A DNA stretch of 57,358 nt, filler included, from Catajapyx aquilonaris (GCA_000934665.2; 2 parts of 2 records of this genome joined end to end with filler, not necessarily neighbours in it); one strand, 5' to 3'; positions 1 to 12,730 are shown, numbered from the whole stretch's first letter. Numbers and translations are program-made. The notes: a model not told the origin generated them from the sequence alone.

Positions 1-258
1 TCCCCCCCTCTTTTGCTCCCTCCTGCTGTGCTCCCTTGTTTCCTCATTAACCTTCCCTTTCATTGATCTCAACTTTCCGATACTCAGTATTGCCGAGTAA
101 TCAGGTCGTCAGCGTTCAAGAAACTCTTTGCTTGCTGTTGGCAACACTGCCAACAGTAGTACCATATTCCTGACGTAGATGGCGAATCTGACATGATTTC
201 TGCACAGTATACTGCCACTGTAAGGGTCGTACGTTTGGTAGTGGTACTACATTGATCA

Positions 259-322
259 AGATGGCCGACTGGAATCATGATGGCTGACTGGAATCATGAT
301 GGCCGACTGGAATCAAAATGGC
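259..322. repeat. Short tandem repeat, about 3 copies of a 19-bp unit
   Basis: GATGGC(C/T)GACTGGAATCAT repeated head to tail. Confidence 0.85.
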
Positions 323-1024
323 AGGACCAAGATGGCCGTTGAATCGGGCGCTCTCGGTTTTGGATTGATTGAAATGTAGGCTACAGTTTGGGTGGAAAAT
401 GTGCCTGGGCTGCTGTGGACAATTGAGTCCGGACCAATTCATGTCCCTGTGTGTCCCCCTGAGGCTGTGCAATCACAGCGTAACTGTAGCTGGAAGGGGG
501 AGGCACACATATAGAGCAGAATCGCTTCACGGTTATTGCCTTTTCGAAAAACAAACAGCGGAAACGAATTGGGATTGAATTGCGAGGATATATGCTCATG
601 CTGCATGACGCAGAATTATTCATATAGTAGGCTACTATTTTAAAAAAATTGCAGCGTTAGATGGATTTTGTCATTGTGTATGTCTTGTTCAGTGGAACTG
701 CATTAAGACATTGCATAAATTAAGTATAGTCGCGAGCATAAAGATGTGGACGATAGACCAGAGGAAGAGCTTGTGACTACACATCAAACAGGTTCATCTC
801 TTAGCATATAATCTAGTTTTGTTACTAATGTAACTAACAGGATCTATATCAAACACAGGTTTGTGTGAATATGGTGTACATTAGGCCTACAGCTAAGCTA
901 GGTGCATGCAGTACAACTATCCCTCGTGCGACCCTGAGAGTGGCAGTAGTGCGCCATCTATGTGAGATATTCGGTACTACGTAGACCCTGGCCCGGGGAG
1001 TGTTGTCAAGTTCATTAGTGTAAA

Positions 1025-1309
1025 ATACTTTAGTGGGGGCTTAACGTCGGGCTATTTCTACTGCTAAGGCTCAACACCGACGCCAGGGGGTGGTCCTCCT
1101 CCTGGAAATTTGTCCACTCTGGGGATCTTTAACGTGCACTAGCGCAATGTCACAAACACACGGGGCCGACGGCTTTACTTCCCCTCCGAAGCAAGGCGCA
1201 CTCTCACTTTTCTACCGCCCGGAGAAAAGTCACCGACCTCGGCCGGGCTCGAACCCACAACTTTGGGACCAGAGGCGAGCGCGCTAACCACTAGTCCACC
1301 GGCGCCGGC
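1025..1309 (-). mobile_element. tRNA-derived SINE with a Deu/Nin-type central domain
   Basis: Minus strand has a Pol III A box TGGACTAGTGG (1288-1298) and B box GGTTCGAGCCC (1245-1255). These are followed by CTTCGGAGGGGAAGTAAAGCCGTCGG...GCACGTTAAAGATCCCC...GACGTTAAGCCCC, which resembles invertebrate SINE core and tail motifs from memory. Confidence 0.85.
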
Positions 1310-2393
1310 TACTAATAAAATACTAATATTTTTTTAAAAACGACACGTTGATAATATAAATTGGATGAAATATTCAAAATAATGTACGAGCGTATAGAAA
1401 TTCGTAATTAATAAGAAAGATTAAAATTTAGGAGCAGGCACTTGCTCTGCTGACTTTCACTTGGAGTTAGTAGGGTTGAAAGTCCAGTGACTTTGAAGTG
1501 AGTTGACCAGGCGGATGCACCCGAATTTTAATCCGAATTAACTCGTATACCCTCCCCTACGTCTCATAGCGTCAAACACACTTACCTTTTTTGACGTCAC
1601 CAAAAATTAACCTCCGCCGCAGTAAACCCCCCCTCGCGACATGCACTTGATGTCTCCTGTCCGGTCTAATCGACTCTCTCAACCGACCTCAAAATAAAAT
1701 ATATTTAAAAAAATCCCTACACCAAGAGACCAACAAGTGTAGTCATGCACGAAGCACTAATTAGAGGAGAGGTAATTACCCACAGCCAGGTCGCCCACTT
1801 GTCATCTACCTCACTTCTAATTACCCTCCTGGCACATTGAGGATTCTCCATCATCTTTACGATTTATTTGGATGTCAGCTAAATATTATGAAACACACGA
1901 TATAATCACGATTATTTATATTATTCCTCGCTATAATTTATTACTTATTAGTAGCTATCAATAGTTATTTTATCAGTTTATTAGTTGCCAATGGCTATTT
2001 TATCAGTTCATTATATCTGTTCAATCGGCTTTATTATTTGTGAGTTTTATTTTGTCAGTTTTGTTATCAGTTTTATTAGTTATCTATCATTTATTAGTAA
2101 TCACGAGTTATTATTGGTTATTCCTCATTATGTATTAGTTATATCTTCTCGTTTATTAGCTATTACTTATTGATCGTAATTGATTAGTTATCGCCAGCTA
2201 TTTATGCATTAGTTATTATTTGTTATTATTTAAGTAAAATTATGGAGCGTGGCATACCGGTACAGTATGCCCAATGTGTCGACACCTATAGCAAGAGCGA
2301 TTTGCGGGTAATCGTAATCCGCGAAACATTTTCAATAATTTCCTAAATTTTGCAATTTTTTTTCCTTCCAACAAATGCTGGTTCAGTTAGGCG

Positions 2394-2680
2394 TTATTGA
2401 TCCCACGTGTTCCACTGCAATGCACTGGTTGAGGTTTTTTTTTTTTTAAAAAAAAATCCGAGTTTGGTCGGAAAAGTGTTTGAAAACCTCCCAAAAACTC
2501 TAGTCACATAACTGTATGCGTAATCCGAGGGGGGGTTTTTTGCGAATAAAAAATGGTGGGCGGGATGGTGCAGGTGGTCAAGTGTTGACTTGTTTGTTGA
2601 ACTTGTAAAGAAGAGAATGTTGATTCTGGTGGGATCCGAACTAGTTTTGTATGCATGGTTGAACCTGGAGCGTGTCAAGA
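2394..2680 (-). pseudogene. Decayed coding-like module, family A (YSY...NTW), copy 1
   Basis: DYAYSYVT...LQWNTW resembles THTYSYAD...VSFNTW at 9351-9587 (+). Homopolymer frameshifts are likely. Confidence 0.35.
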
Positions 2681-3219
2681 TTCCTAGATGAATTCAATGC
2701 GGAACTCTCTCTCTCTCTCTCTTTTCGCCTAAAAAATTCTGCGGGGTTGAGAATATTCTGCACGGGTGTTGACCTGTAGTGTTTGGCGATACGATCGATC
2801 AAGATTTTTGACGAGTTGGGGCTACCTGCAAGTGAAGAGTGGCGGTAATTATAAGCTCATAAATCACATTGCTTCGGGAGGTTTTATTTGCGATGCTTTT
2901 GAGTCGGGTATACACATAGGGCTGCCCGGGCCTTAGCTTTCCTACTGATTACGCCAAATTGGATTGGCCGGAAGGGAGACGAAGGAACGGTCCAACCCAC
3001 CCATTGTGCTTCTACCCCCTCCAGTGATTGCCTTTGCCACGCTATTATAAGCAGCTACAAAGGCAACCACTTCCTTCAGCCGATAGACTCTCCAGGGCTA
3101 CAGTCGGGTTCAAAGATGGTCGCCACAGGAACCTGTGGAATCATACTACAGTACTAATCGGGTGTCTCTCTGTCCAGGTTCATTTACTCGCATAGTAATA
3201 GTGGCAGGAAGGACACTCC

Positions 3220-3300
3220 TACTCCAGCCTTATGGAGGCCCCCGTGCTCTTAGCAGGACAGTTTGCCGCTTTGACGCTGATGTACTGGTGTAGACTCCAC
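3220..3300 (-). pseudogene. Decayed coding-like module, family B (W(S/G)LHQ...HGGLHKAGV), copy 1
   Basis: 3220-3246 (-) matches 5989-6015 (+) at 25/27 nt, and both differences are synonymous Gly third positions. Confidence 0.55.
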
Positions 3301-5779
3301 ACTCTCCTAGGGACTGTGAAGGGTGAAACTTGGGGTACCCCCACACGTGTAACCACCAACCAGACCTACTGCTAATTAAGGCCGCTTTTATTTAGTCTGA
3401 AAACATTTGGGTTGTTTGAAAAGTGAAACATGCGGTCAGGGGAAGTGGAGTGGGTGTGGGGAGAATGGAGGGCAAATTAAATTTGCGGTTTGGAGCAGCC
3501 CATTGTGGTTCCTTTGGCTGGATGGGTTTTCAGGAAGTAGGAAAAATATTAGTTTCGTTTGTCCACCTGTGTTAGGTTTCCACGCTGACATATATTGCAA
3601 TAAACGAACGTAATAAAATTATGGACGCGGACATTAAGGGTCCAGACGCCTGGGTTCCGCCATTATGAATCCAGGTCCCGCAAATGACTGCAGGAGTGTG
3701 ACCATTGCCGGCAGGCCCCGACATGCAAAAGCGAGATCCCTGAGGTGCGTTCAGAAAGCTGATCATTATTCCAGTGCTGGACTAAGGTCCATCCTGGGGA
3801 TCCTGCCTTTGCTGCTAGTCCTGGACAATAGCCTGGGATAGCTGGATAGGGAGCGTCGCGACGGGGCTATTTAGTGCATTAGGAGTCCTCTCCGGGGGCA
3901 AATCTGAGCCGATCCGGGGGATGCGGGAGAGGGAGGGGAGGGAGGGGAGGAATCCGGGACTGTCCCTCCCTCCCATAGTGTCCCGGAAAAGGGGGGGGGG
4001 GAATCCTACTCATCTCCGGCGGGCGTCCATTAGCCATTCAGGACGGCCCCTCGTCACCGGGGCTTAACTTTGCAGCCCGGAGTCTCTGCCCAAATCGATC
4101 ACTCTAGAGGGGGGTTCGGCCCGATTGGAACCCCACCACCACCACCACTCCCTCTTCGACTATGTGTGTGCACATACACACCTTGCTCAGGTGCAAATAT
4201 TCGTTTGGATTGCGAGTAACGCTGAGGAATCACGATACATCCAGAGCATGACAGCCTGAAAAACCGAGAGTAGCTACTAAACGCACCCGAAGAAAGTCAA
4301 CCGTGTATATATTGTGGAAGTGCAAAACTCACCCAAACGATGACGTCACATCCTGTCAAAATGGCGACCTGGTTATTTTCTTCGATGCATTATATTATTT
4401 ATGTCATCGATATTTTATTTTAATTATTATTTATTATATTCATATCATATTCATATCATTTTTATTATTATGATCATTTTTAAATGTTGCATTCTCATTT
4501 TCGTCATTTTCATTTCATTTTTATTTATATTTATATTTGTTATTTTAATTTTCTAGTTATTTTATCGTATTTATATTTTATTTTAACTTATTAACTTTCT
4601 GTTATTATAACTATTATTAACTTTAACTGCCATTTTTGTTTTAGCTATTATTGTATTCGGTTAAATGGGTTATTTTGACATTAAACTTTTAATAATTAAT
4701 GGATTTAAATATTCGTTGTCTACTTATCTTTAAATATTTGCATTACAATATTTTATGCCCTCAACGTGTTGCTTTTATTTTCGATGATTACATTAATATG
4801 TTTATTCAATTACTACAATTATTTGTTTTCATCAAACAGTACGCCTATACCGGTACCATATTAATTTATTTCGTCGTATTTAAATAATAATAATAATTCA
4901 TACCCCGTTATCAGCCTTTTTCGGCTCTTTTAGGGAGGAAGTTTGTTTTGCCTGGAACTATTTGCTTTTCATTTTACTGTGCTCTTTGGGATAGGATAGG
5001 GACGGAAGGAAGCGGCTGTGGCCTATTATTTCGTCGTATTTATTAACTATTATTTCACATTAGAATTTTCTCTCGCGAAGAGTTTTCAATCAGGTTTCTC
5101 GTGAAGAGTGATGCAATTCGTCTGGCCAACCAAGCCCGTCCTCTGACGCGCTGAGAAATCAGAGTAGCGCGATCCAATATGGCGTCCCTCAAAATGGCGC
5201 CCCCTGTCGACACGCCTAACCGCTTAATAATGCAAAATTGCTCAGACCTAAACACCACCAGGGAGATATACGTACTTGGAGGTTCTCTCTCTCTCTCTCC
5301 TCCCCAGAATGTAACCCGCATTAATTTTTCACGTTCCTTGATTTTGCCTCCCTCCCACCCTCCCTCTTCCTCCACTCCCTACCCTGCGCATTAGCCCAAG
5401 TAATTACCTGCACAGTTCTAAACCTATTATCTTCATCTTCTGTTGCGATTAACCCCGAGAAAGCCGAGACGGGCGCTGTAATGACCAAAGTTCCGGTTTA
5501 ACGCTGCCGGAACCACAAGGTAAGGGAAAAGCATTACTGGAGACTCCGGAAAACTCTCAAAACGACACCTCTCCAATCCGGGTCACCCATTCATTCACTC
5601 AGATATGCCCCCCAATTACCTAACTAATAACTATAACACAATAACTAAAAAATTTGCTTGATGGTGTCGCACTGGTGGCACTGGCGGCAAAAGAGCGGAT
5701 CGAAGCGATGTTTTTGTTGCTAACTCATCACTTCGATTCGCTCTTTTGCAGCCATCGTCTTGTGGCGACACCAGAAACT

Positions 5780-5993
5780 CCGTGCTCTTATCAGCTTTCA
5801 CCCGTAGAGAGGGGGGTTGCCGCTTCGGCGCTGGTGTAGTCCCAAGTGTGTGGCGATCCTGGCGGACGATTATGCCTTTAGTAGAATCGCGAGTTCTACT
5901 AACGGCAGAATCGTCTCCAGGATCGCCGTGGGGACTACACCAGCGCCGAAGCGGCAACCATATTCCCTACGGGGCCAGCAAGTAAGCTCACGG
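5780..5993. repeat. Long inverted repeat (hairpin) made from two family-B arms
   Basis: Perfect 29-bp arms at 5815-5843/5931-5959. Inner stems at 5852-5862/5917-5927 and 5878-5886/5894-5902, with a 7-nt loop. Outer arms are diverged. Confidence 0.92.
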
Positions 5994-6550
5994 GGGTCTC
6001 CATAAGGCTGGGGTAGAAGTTGCAAGTGGGCCGGACGCCCAGAATTTGTTTAAATTTTTTTGGGCCGATTGGTAAGATGTTAGTTGTCCGGATTTTCGGG
6101 TGGAATTGAAAGTAGGTCCGGTGCACCGTATAAAATAGGCGGGTCGATAGAAAAGCCGTATGCAAGGCTGCCTGCATCCGGGACCATCCCCCCTTCCCCG
6201 AAAACGCTGCTTTATAAAGGCGTTTTCCCAGAAGCTCATTAAAGGAACCCGCCTCTCATAAATTGCCTCTCAAATTCTGGGTCCGTTGTAATCTTTTTTT
6301 CATAATTTATTCCGCCAGGGGGGTATGCAACACCGCACAGCACAACACACCCAACCCAAGGGGCTGGAACTAACCCATCAAAATCTGGTTTTTGGGCCCA
6401 TAGAACCGTTCTAGTTGCAACTTTTTGTCAAAGGAGGCGTCGAGCTGACTTTAATTAGTTATTGCTGTTTGCGCCTCCTTCCAGTAATGTTCATGCCAGC
6501 GCTCAAGCCATGGGGAAAAAAACTAAGCAAAGCTGCTCGTTTCAACTAAT
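5925..6550 (+). pseudogene. Decayed coding-like module, family B, longest copy
   Basis: WGLHQRRSGN...HGGLHKAGVEV followed by a stop-interrupted, protein-like frame. Confidence 0.4.
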
Positions 6551-6639
6551 ATTAATTTCCCCAACTTTGGCAGCTTTGTTCATTCTTTAAACAATTATTC
6601 ATTCATTATCTTTAGAAATTATGATATCACAAGTCATCA

Positions 6640-7270
6640 TGTACGAAATTAGCTCGAATCTGTGCATCTGTTTGTCCGGAGTGAGTCATCATTCTTTCAT
6701 CTAAGGGCATGTATATTTATAATTACAACAAGTGAACATACAATGAACATGCACTGTATGGCTCTTGTAGTATCGTCCTGGTGTAATCATCATGGAATGA
6801 ACTGTACTATACTATAGGATAATTAGTCCATTAAATTTTTCGCGTTGTTTTGAGCTCTATCATAAAAAGCGCGTGCAAATTCTGTGCAGATTTTGTGCGG
6901 GCGGTTTGTGTTTGGAAGAGATTATTTTTTGGCGCTCAAAAAATAATCAGTTGGTTTCATTATTGAATTCGAGACTTTTTTTTTACTAGTCTCTCGCAGA
7001 GCGATTTAATTGACAATTATGTTCATTGATAGGTACAGTTACTGGCATGCAATTTTTTGCGATTGCTGGAAATAATTGCCATTCTCCGCAGGGTGATATA
7101 CAGGTGTCCAAGTCCACACACCAAGAGGAGGACAAGTTGAATGTTGCTTGCCAAAATTAGCAAAGTGGATGCAATATTGTAATGCTGTTGGCAGCACTAC
7201 TGAAGCCAATTATACTTTAACATTTACATTTAAATTGCTGCACATATTTAGGCAATTACTCTTTGTTGTG
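6640..7270 (+). pseudogene. Decayed Cys-rich module, family C, copy 1
   Basis: KLARICASVCP, ILCRFCA, IAGNN and AAHIF are colinear with motifs at 11965-12730. Confidence 0.45.
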
Positions 7271-8299
7271 TATGTTTGTATTGCATGTCAACTTATGCAT
7301 AATTTAATTTATTACCGGTAGTTGTTTTTACTTGCTATTCAATCAATTTATTAGTTGTATCTTAGTTATATTTTAATTTATTAGTTTCTTGATTAGTTAT
7401 ATTTCATTAAAATAATAACTAGTAATATTTGTTTCTTTATTAGTTGTATTATTTATTTTCATTTTCTATGGTTATATTAATAATACTTAACTGGCTTTGA
7501 TGCGTGATGATACTGATGACGATGACGCTTTCACAGCGCGAAATATTTTGGTGCGCGAATATTTCATAACACTTACAAATAACCGGCAATTTAGAGCAGG
7601 GGGCATTTTGCGAACTTATCGAAAAATACTATCGAATAGGCGCCTACCACACTCGCTTAATTATTGCTTCCACATTGTACTAGCCACATTGTTTCAAGAT
7701 TAATGAGATCATTGTCGGGCAGTGTCGGCGTATAGTTTACTACTGGTCATCGTGGGGCCAATCAAAAATGATGAGATGCCGATAGCCGGAAGATGTTGGA
7801 TGATATTATGCAACCGATTAGAAACTATGCTACTAATACAGGACACCTGTTAAGCTACTAATGTAACAACACCTACTATTGAACAAATAATAAATTTTAA
7901 TCCACCTATTTGCTGCGAGTATATAGTCTTTACATCTATTAGAATGATACTGATATAGATACTCCCTGCCCCCCCCTCCCCCACTTGGAAGTAGTACGAT
8001 ACGCCCCTACCAGTTGGCGCATAGGCTGTCCCTGCACACTACTGCCTCTCTCAGGGAGAAAGCGGTACTACATGCACGTTGGTGATGAATCACCGCGCGG
8101 ACAAAGCCCGCCAGGGTGCTATGACCAGCACGTGCATCGCCTCCATTGAAGTGGGTCCCACCCTCTCTATCTGCTATATGTCCTCTAATTGTTGGACGTG
8201 GAAAGTGAAAACTATAGTGACAACTACCCAAGCGATGAGTGAACACGGACAAACTTGTGGACAGAGACAATAAGAGGATTAGCTATACCGGTGTATATA

Positions 8300-8686
8300 T
8301 AGGGTGGACCAACTTCAAGTGTCGTTTTATAACGGCGATTAATAGCAGTGATTTTGCGATGACGTAGCAGCGACGTGTAAAATGTCCCACTTCGGCGGCA
8401 TCGAAAATATTAGCTGCCAATAGCAGCACACACGTAATCAACCCTGCTGCTGGGTTGACCTGGAAAAAAGGAGGTGCACACATGACCTGAGATGCGCCTG
8501 GGTGAAATGGGTGACGTCCAAGGCACCAGATGGACCTGTAATGCAAGGGGGAAGCCTGCAAACGAAACACAGCTAATATTTTCGATGGCGCCGAAGTGGG
8601 CCATTTTACACGTCGCTGCTACGTCAATCGTAAAGCGCTTCTATTAATAGCCGTTATAAAACGACACTTGAAGTTGGCCCACCCTG
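8300..8686. mobile_element. Tc1/mariner-type MITE, family 1, long form
   Basis: ~115-bp TIRs starting (C/T)AGGGTGG.CCAACTTCAAGTGTCG, TA on both flanks, ~150-bp unique centre. Confidence 0.9.
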
Positions 8687-8736
8687 TAGATATAGATATA
8701 GCGACAGCTATTAGCTACGCATATAGCTACAAATAT

Positions 8737-8792
8737 AGCTACTAATATAGCTACCGCTACTAGAGCTAGTAGCGGTAGCTATATTAGTAGCT
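8737..8792. repeat. Perfect 27-bp-arm palindrome in an AGCTA-rich tract
   Basis: AGCTACTAATATAGCTACCGCTACTAG-ag-CTAGTAGCGGTAGCTATATTAGTAGCT. Confidence 0.9.
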
Positions 8793-8881
8793 GCTGCTAT
8801 ATTTGTATAGCTAATAGCTATTAGCTATACTAATATAGCAGCAGCTGTTGAGCTACGAATATTGCAACCGCTACTACTGAA

Positions 8882-9590
8882 CTAATAATATATGGCGACA
8901 GCTGCTATGCTACTAATATAACTGCTGTAGTTGTTGAATGACTTTGTGGGAATTTGCAGGATCGGATTGGGGAAGATGTTGAGTGCGTTTGAGTGCAGGT
9001 AGATGGCGCAAATTTGGCAAAGTAAAATGGTGGCTGGGGGGGGACAAGAGGGGGCTTTTTGGCTTGTGGCGTAGGAGCCAATGGGGGTTCCAACCAAAGA
9101 GCTGGCCTTTGCGGATAGAAGCTTTTAGCAGGCAGGCCCTGCTGCTCCTCCCGGTGCATTAGGGCCAAGGAAGAAGCCCTCGCCATCACCCCCTTCGCCT
9201 CATTCCTCTCTCTCTCTCTCTCTCTCTCTCTGGGGTTGCCCCCCTCTGATGCTTGCCTCCGACCTTTTCATCACTTAGGGTCCACCCAATCCACCCATCC
9301 AACCCACCCACACCAATAACCATTCGATCGATACCCTCCAATCGCAAAGAATGACCCATACTTACAGTTATGCGGATAATAGCATAAGCTGCTTATCTAC
9401 TCCATTTGCGAGATGGGCATCTGGCTATACGTCCCTGCATCCATCTCAATTGTCCATATTAAACAGGGTCAGAGAAGGCCCACCACGTCTCCAACTTTAC
9501 GCTCTGGACTGTACGTATACAGTCCTAACCATACAAGTAGTGTCTTTCAACACCTGGAAATTAAACAATGCGTATAACCTAGGTTAATGA
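8882..9590. pseudogene. Divergent pair of family-A modules around a (CT)n tract
   Basis: 8882-9097 (-) reads PPPATIL...KSFNNY. 9300-9587 (+) reads PTPITI...YSY...VSFNTW. (CT)n lies at ~9206-9231. Confidence 0.3.
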
Positions 9591-10842
9591 TATAGCTACT
9601 GACAAGTACACACGGATAGCCACTGGTTGTCGGCTTAATAGCTACGACAATATGGTTGAATGAAGAAGCGATAAATTTGGGTCCCAAAAATATTTCCAGC
9701 AAATGCTCATGTCCGGTCACATGTTCACGTCGGAATGACTAACAGGTTTAGACAAAAGAGGTGGCGAAACGAATTTATTCCCTTGTTTTTCGCACCAATT
9801 CGGCGAAACTAGAATGCGCAAAAAAATATATTGCAAAAGCTCGTGTCCCCCACTTCACCTATATAAGCCCTCAGTGGTGAAATAAATAGTGTTGTGAGCC
9901 ATTAGGTTTCAGCCCGCTTAAAAATTATCGCTTCGGAAACAAACAAGCGCGGTTTTGGCGTAGTTGGAAGTCAGTTATGAAACAATACATAACTACTCTT
10001 GCAGTGCAAGCCTAGCTGTTCATGTCATCGCTTTTGCGTTACGACCCAAAACAAATTGTCGAAACAAACCGGTGATTCACGCCCAGTGTTTTTTTCCCCC
10101 CTCCGCACAACCGAACACTTGGAGTTATTAGTTATCCTAATTTTGACTCCCCCCAACACATGACTTTCATGGACAAACACGCACACACCATAAGTTAGTT
10201 TTGATACACTTTGTAAACGTTTATTGGGAAGATGGACACTACTGAAGTCAATAGTAGCTGCTAACAAATCATATTATAATCAAAATATCAGATATCCTGC
10301 TTAACATGCTCAAATTGCTGTTTAAACTACAAAAATAACCGCTAACTGATGAAATGCATAAAATAACAGCTAACTGATGAAATGCATAAAATAACAGCTA
10401 ACACATGTAACATGCCAAAGTAGCAGATGATATGTTTAACTGCTATAAAAGTTAACTGATAAAATAACCTCCAACGCGTTCAATAATTAAAATAACCTCC
10501 AACGCAGTTAAAGGATATAAATAACGTTTAACACTGAACTCGCAGCTAACAGTGTAAAATCTGCGAAAATAACGGCGAACATTGTGAAACTGCTAAGAAT
10601 TAAATTTTAATATTATAGTTTCGACACTAATTATTGTCGCAGGTTTGTGGCAAGTGAAGCTTTGTATAACTTTTAATTCGCTTCTAAATTATTTTTAGCT
10701 CGCACAATGTATTAATCCACTCCAGGTTAGTAACAGCTGCTACAGCAACAAGTTCCCTAACAGCAAGAAAGAGCTACTAACAAGACACAGTTATATTTGC
10801 TAAGTAGCTAATTAGGTGCATTGATCTACGTTACTTACTATA

Positions 10843-11038
10843 CAGGGTGGTCCAAGTTCAAGTGTCGTTTTATAACGGCGATTAATAGCAGTGATTTTGC
10901 GATGACGTAGCAGCGACGCGTAAAATGTCCCACTTCGGCGCAATCGAAGTGGGCAATTTTACACGTCGCTGCTACGTCATCGTTAAGCGCTTCTATTAAT
11001 CGCCGTTATAAAACGACACTTGAACTTGGACCACCCTG
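10843..11038. mobile_element. Tc1/mariner-type MITE, family 1, short palindromic form
   Basis: TA-CAGGGTGGTCCAAGTTCAAGTG...CACTTGAACTTGGACCACCCTG. 196 bp, near-identical arms to 8300-8686. Confidence 0.92.
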
Positions 11039-11114
11039 TCTAGTTATGTAGCTACAACGATTAGATACTAATATAACATCAGTTTCTATCGAAATAATAT
11101 AGCCACAACTTTTA

Positions 11115-11300
11115 TCTACTAATATAATAGCTGCAAGTATTTATGACTAATATAATAGCTACAAGTATTTATCACTAATATAATAGCTACAAGTATTTAT
11201 CACTAATATCATAGTTGCAAGTATTTATCACTAATATCATAGTTGCAAGTATTTATCACTAATATCATAGTTGCAAGTATTTATGACTAATATGACTAGC
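11115..11300. repeat. 27-bp AT-rich minisatellite
   Basis: About 6-7 copies of CAAGTATTTATCACTAATAT(A/C)ATAG(C/T)T(A/G). Confidence 0.85.
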
Positions 11301-11964
11301 TGCTATGTTACTAATATGTCTGTAGCTGCTATGCTACTAATTTAGAAGGAGACTGAAGTTTCCAGTTATAGTGAACAAATCCTCATCACATCTTTCATCT
11401 CAACTTGTGTTTCTTGTCGGGTACTGCATCCGGGGCGAATTAAGCGCAATTGAACTGCCCTAGCTGCAATACTACTATCGAACGAAGCAGAGGTCGCAAC
11501 AATGTAGTCGGCATGAGCAGCTTAGTAAGTGGAAGGTGATTGTGTGTCGTTGGAGAAAACAGTCGGAAGGAATGTAATGTGACTTGATCGATCCACCTTC
11601 GACTTCAAGTCTCTTTCTCTCCAACTCTTCTTCTTCTTCTTCTTCTTCTTCTTTTCCTTTGCTACTCCCCCCCCCTCCCCCCTTTCTCTCTAGTCTTCCC
11701 TTTTCTTTGCCCCGCTTTAATTTAATTCGTCGTCGGCAGAGCGACGTCGTGAAGCGTAAAAGCGCACACCTAGAGGGAGGCCTATAGAGGCAAATGATTG
11801 CGATTGCCAGTGACGGAGATTGGCTGGCTCCTCTGCTTCCACAAAGACCCATATCCTCCAATAGTCTCTTCTTCTTTCTTCCAAAAATTTACAACAGTTT
11901 TTTTTTGAAAAGTATGCGATATACCGACGAATTTTCACCAAACGAGACGGACGAGTCGTCACAT

Positions 11965-12730
11965 ATCAAATTAGCTCGAGTCTGTACCTATGTTTGTCCG
12001 AGGTATCGCCATCAATGCGAGGAATGTGGTACAGTACTTAGATATAGGGACTTAAAGGGTCGACCTAGGCCCAGACCCCCGTGTGGTACAGTACTACGCG
12101 AATAGTCGAGCGGGTTTATTAGGTACCGGTATACTGTATGTTAGATATTGTGCTAAGATGATTGCAGGAGTGAACAATCCTTTGTACCGAGTACTTGTTC
12201 ATACATATAATTTAATTTGCAATAATTATGACGGTGCACAGTTCAAGGGACGTGTATTGCTTAACCCAGAGACTTTGTTTAATCAACTGCGATTCTGTTT
12301 GAAAGTGGTTGCTGCTGGAGTGAACAATCTGAAACTGTACCAATCTTCGTGCAGTATGACCCAGGGCTAATTGCGACTCGAGTTCACTGTACTACAGTAT
12401 AAGCGGAGTATTGTAGCACACTAGTTTGCAGCGCTATTCTTCAAAAGCACTTGACGGTGCCTACGTCCAAAATGAAGTTGTTTTGCTCCGATTTACCTGA
12501 GAAATCATTTTTCGCACTTGATGGATTCAAGACCTGCTGCTGCAAAGAAAAGGACTTTGAAGCTGATCCCAGGTCCCCCCNCCCCCCCCCCATATACTGT
12601 ACAGGTTGCGAAAACTTGTAGCATTTGGAGCGGAAACTGTTGCGTAAATGAGGTTAATACAGTGCAATCTGCAAGCCATGTATTTGCTAATTACCTGCTG
12701 CCACTCACACTCTATTTTCTCACGTACAGA
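11965..12730 (+). pseudogene. Decayed Cys-rich module, family C, copy 2
   Basis: KLARVCTYVCPRYRHQCEECG, with an internally duplicated (Y/F)C.K..AGVNN motif and ASHVF. Nucleotides AAATTAGCTCGA.TCTGT...TGTTTGTCCG are shared with ~6646. Confidence 0.45.

Noticed and set aside
1230..1309. tRNA gene
   Set aside because: A and B boxes are present but the anticodon arm does not pair, and the sequence continues into a SINE body.
5989..6015. HUH Rep motif II in HGGLHKAG
   Set aside because: It lacks the second His of HxH, and no motif III Tyr or helicase is nearby.
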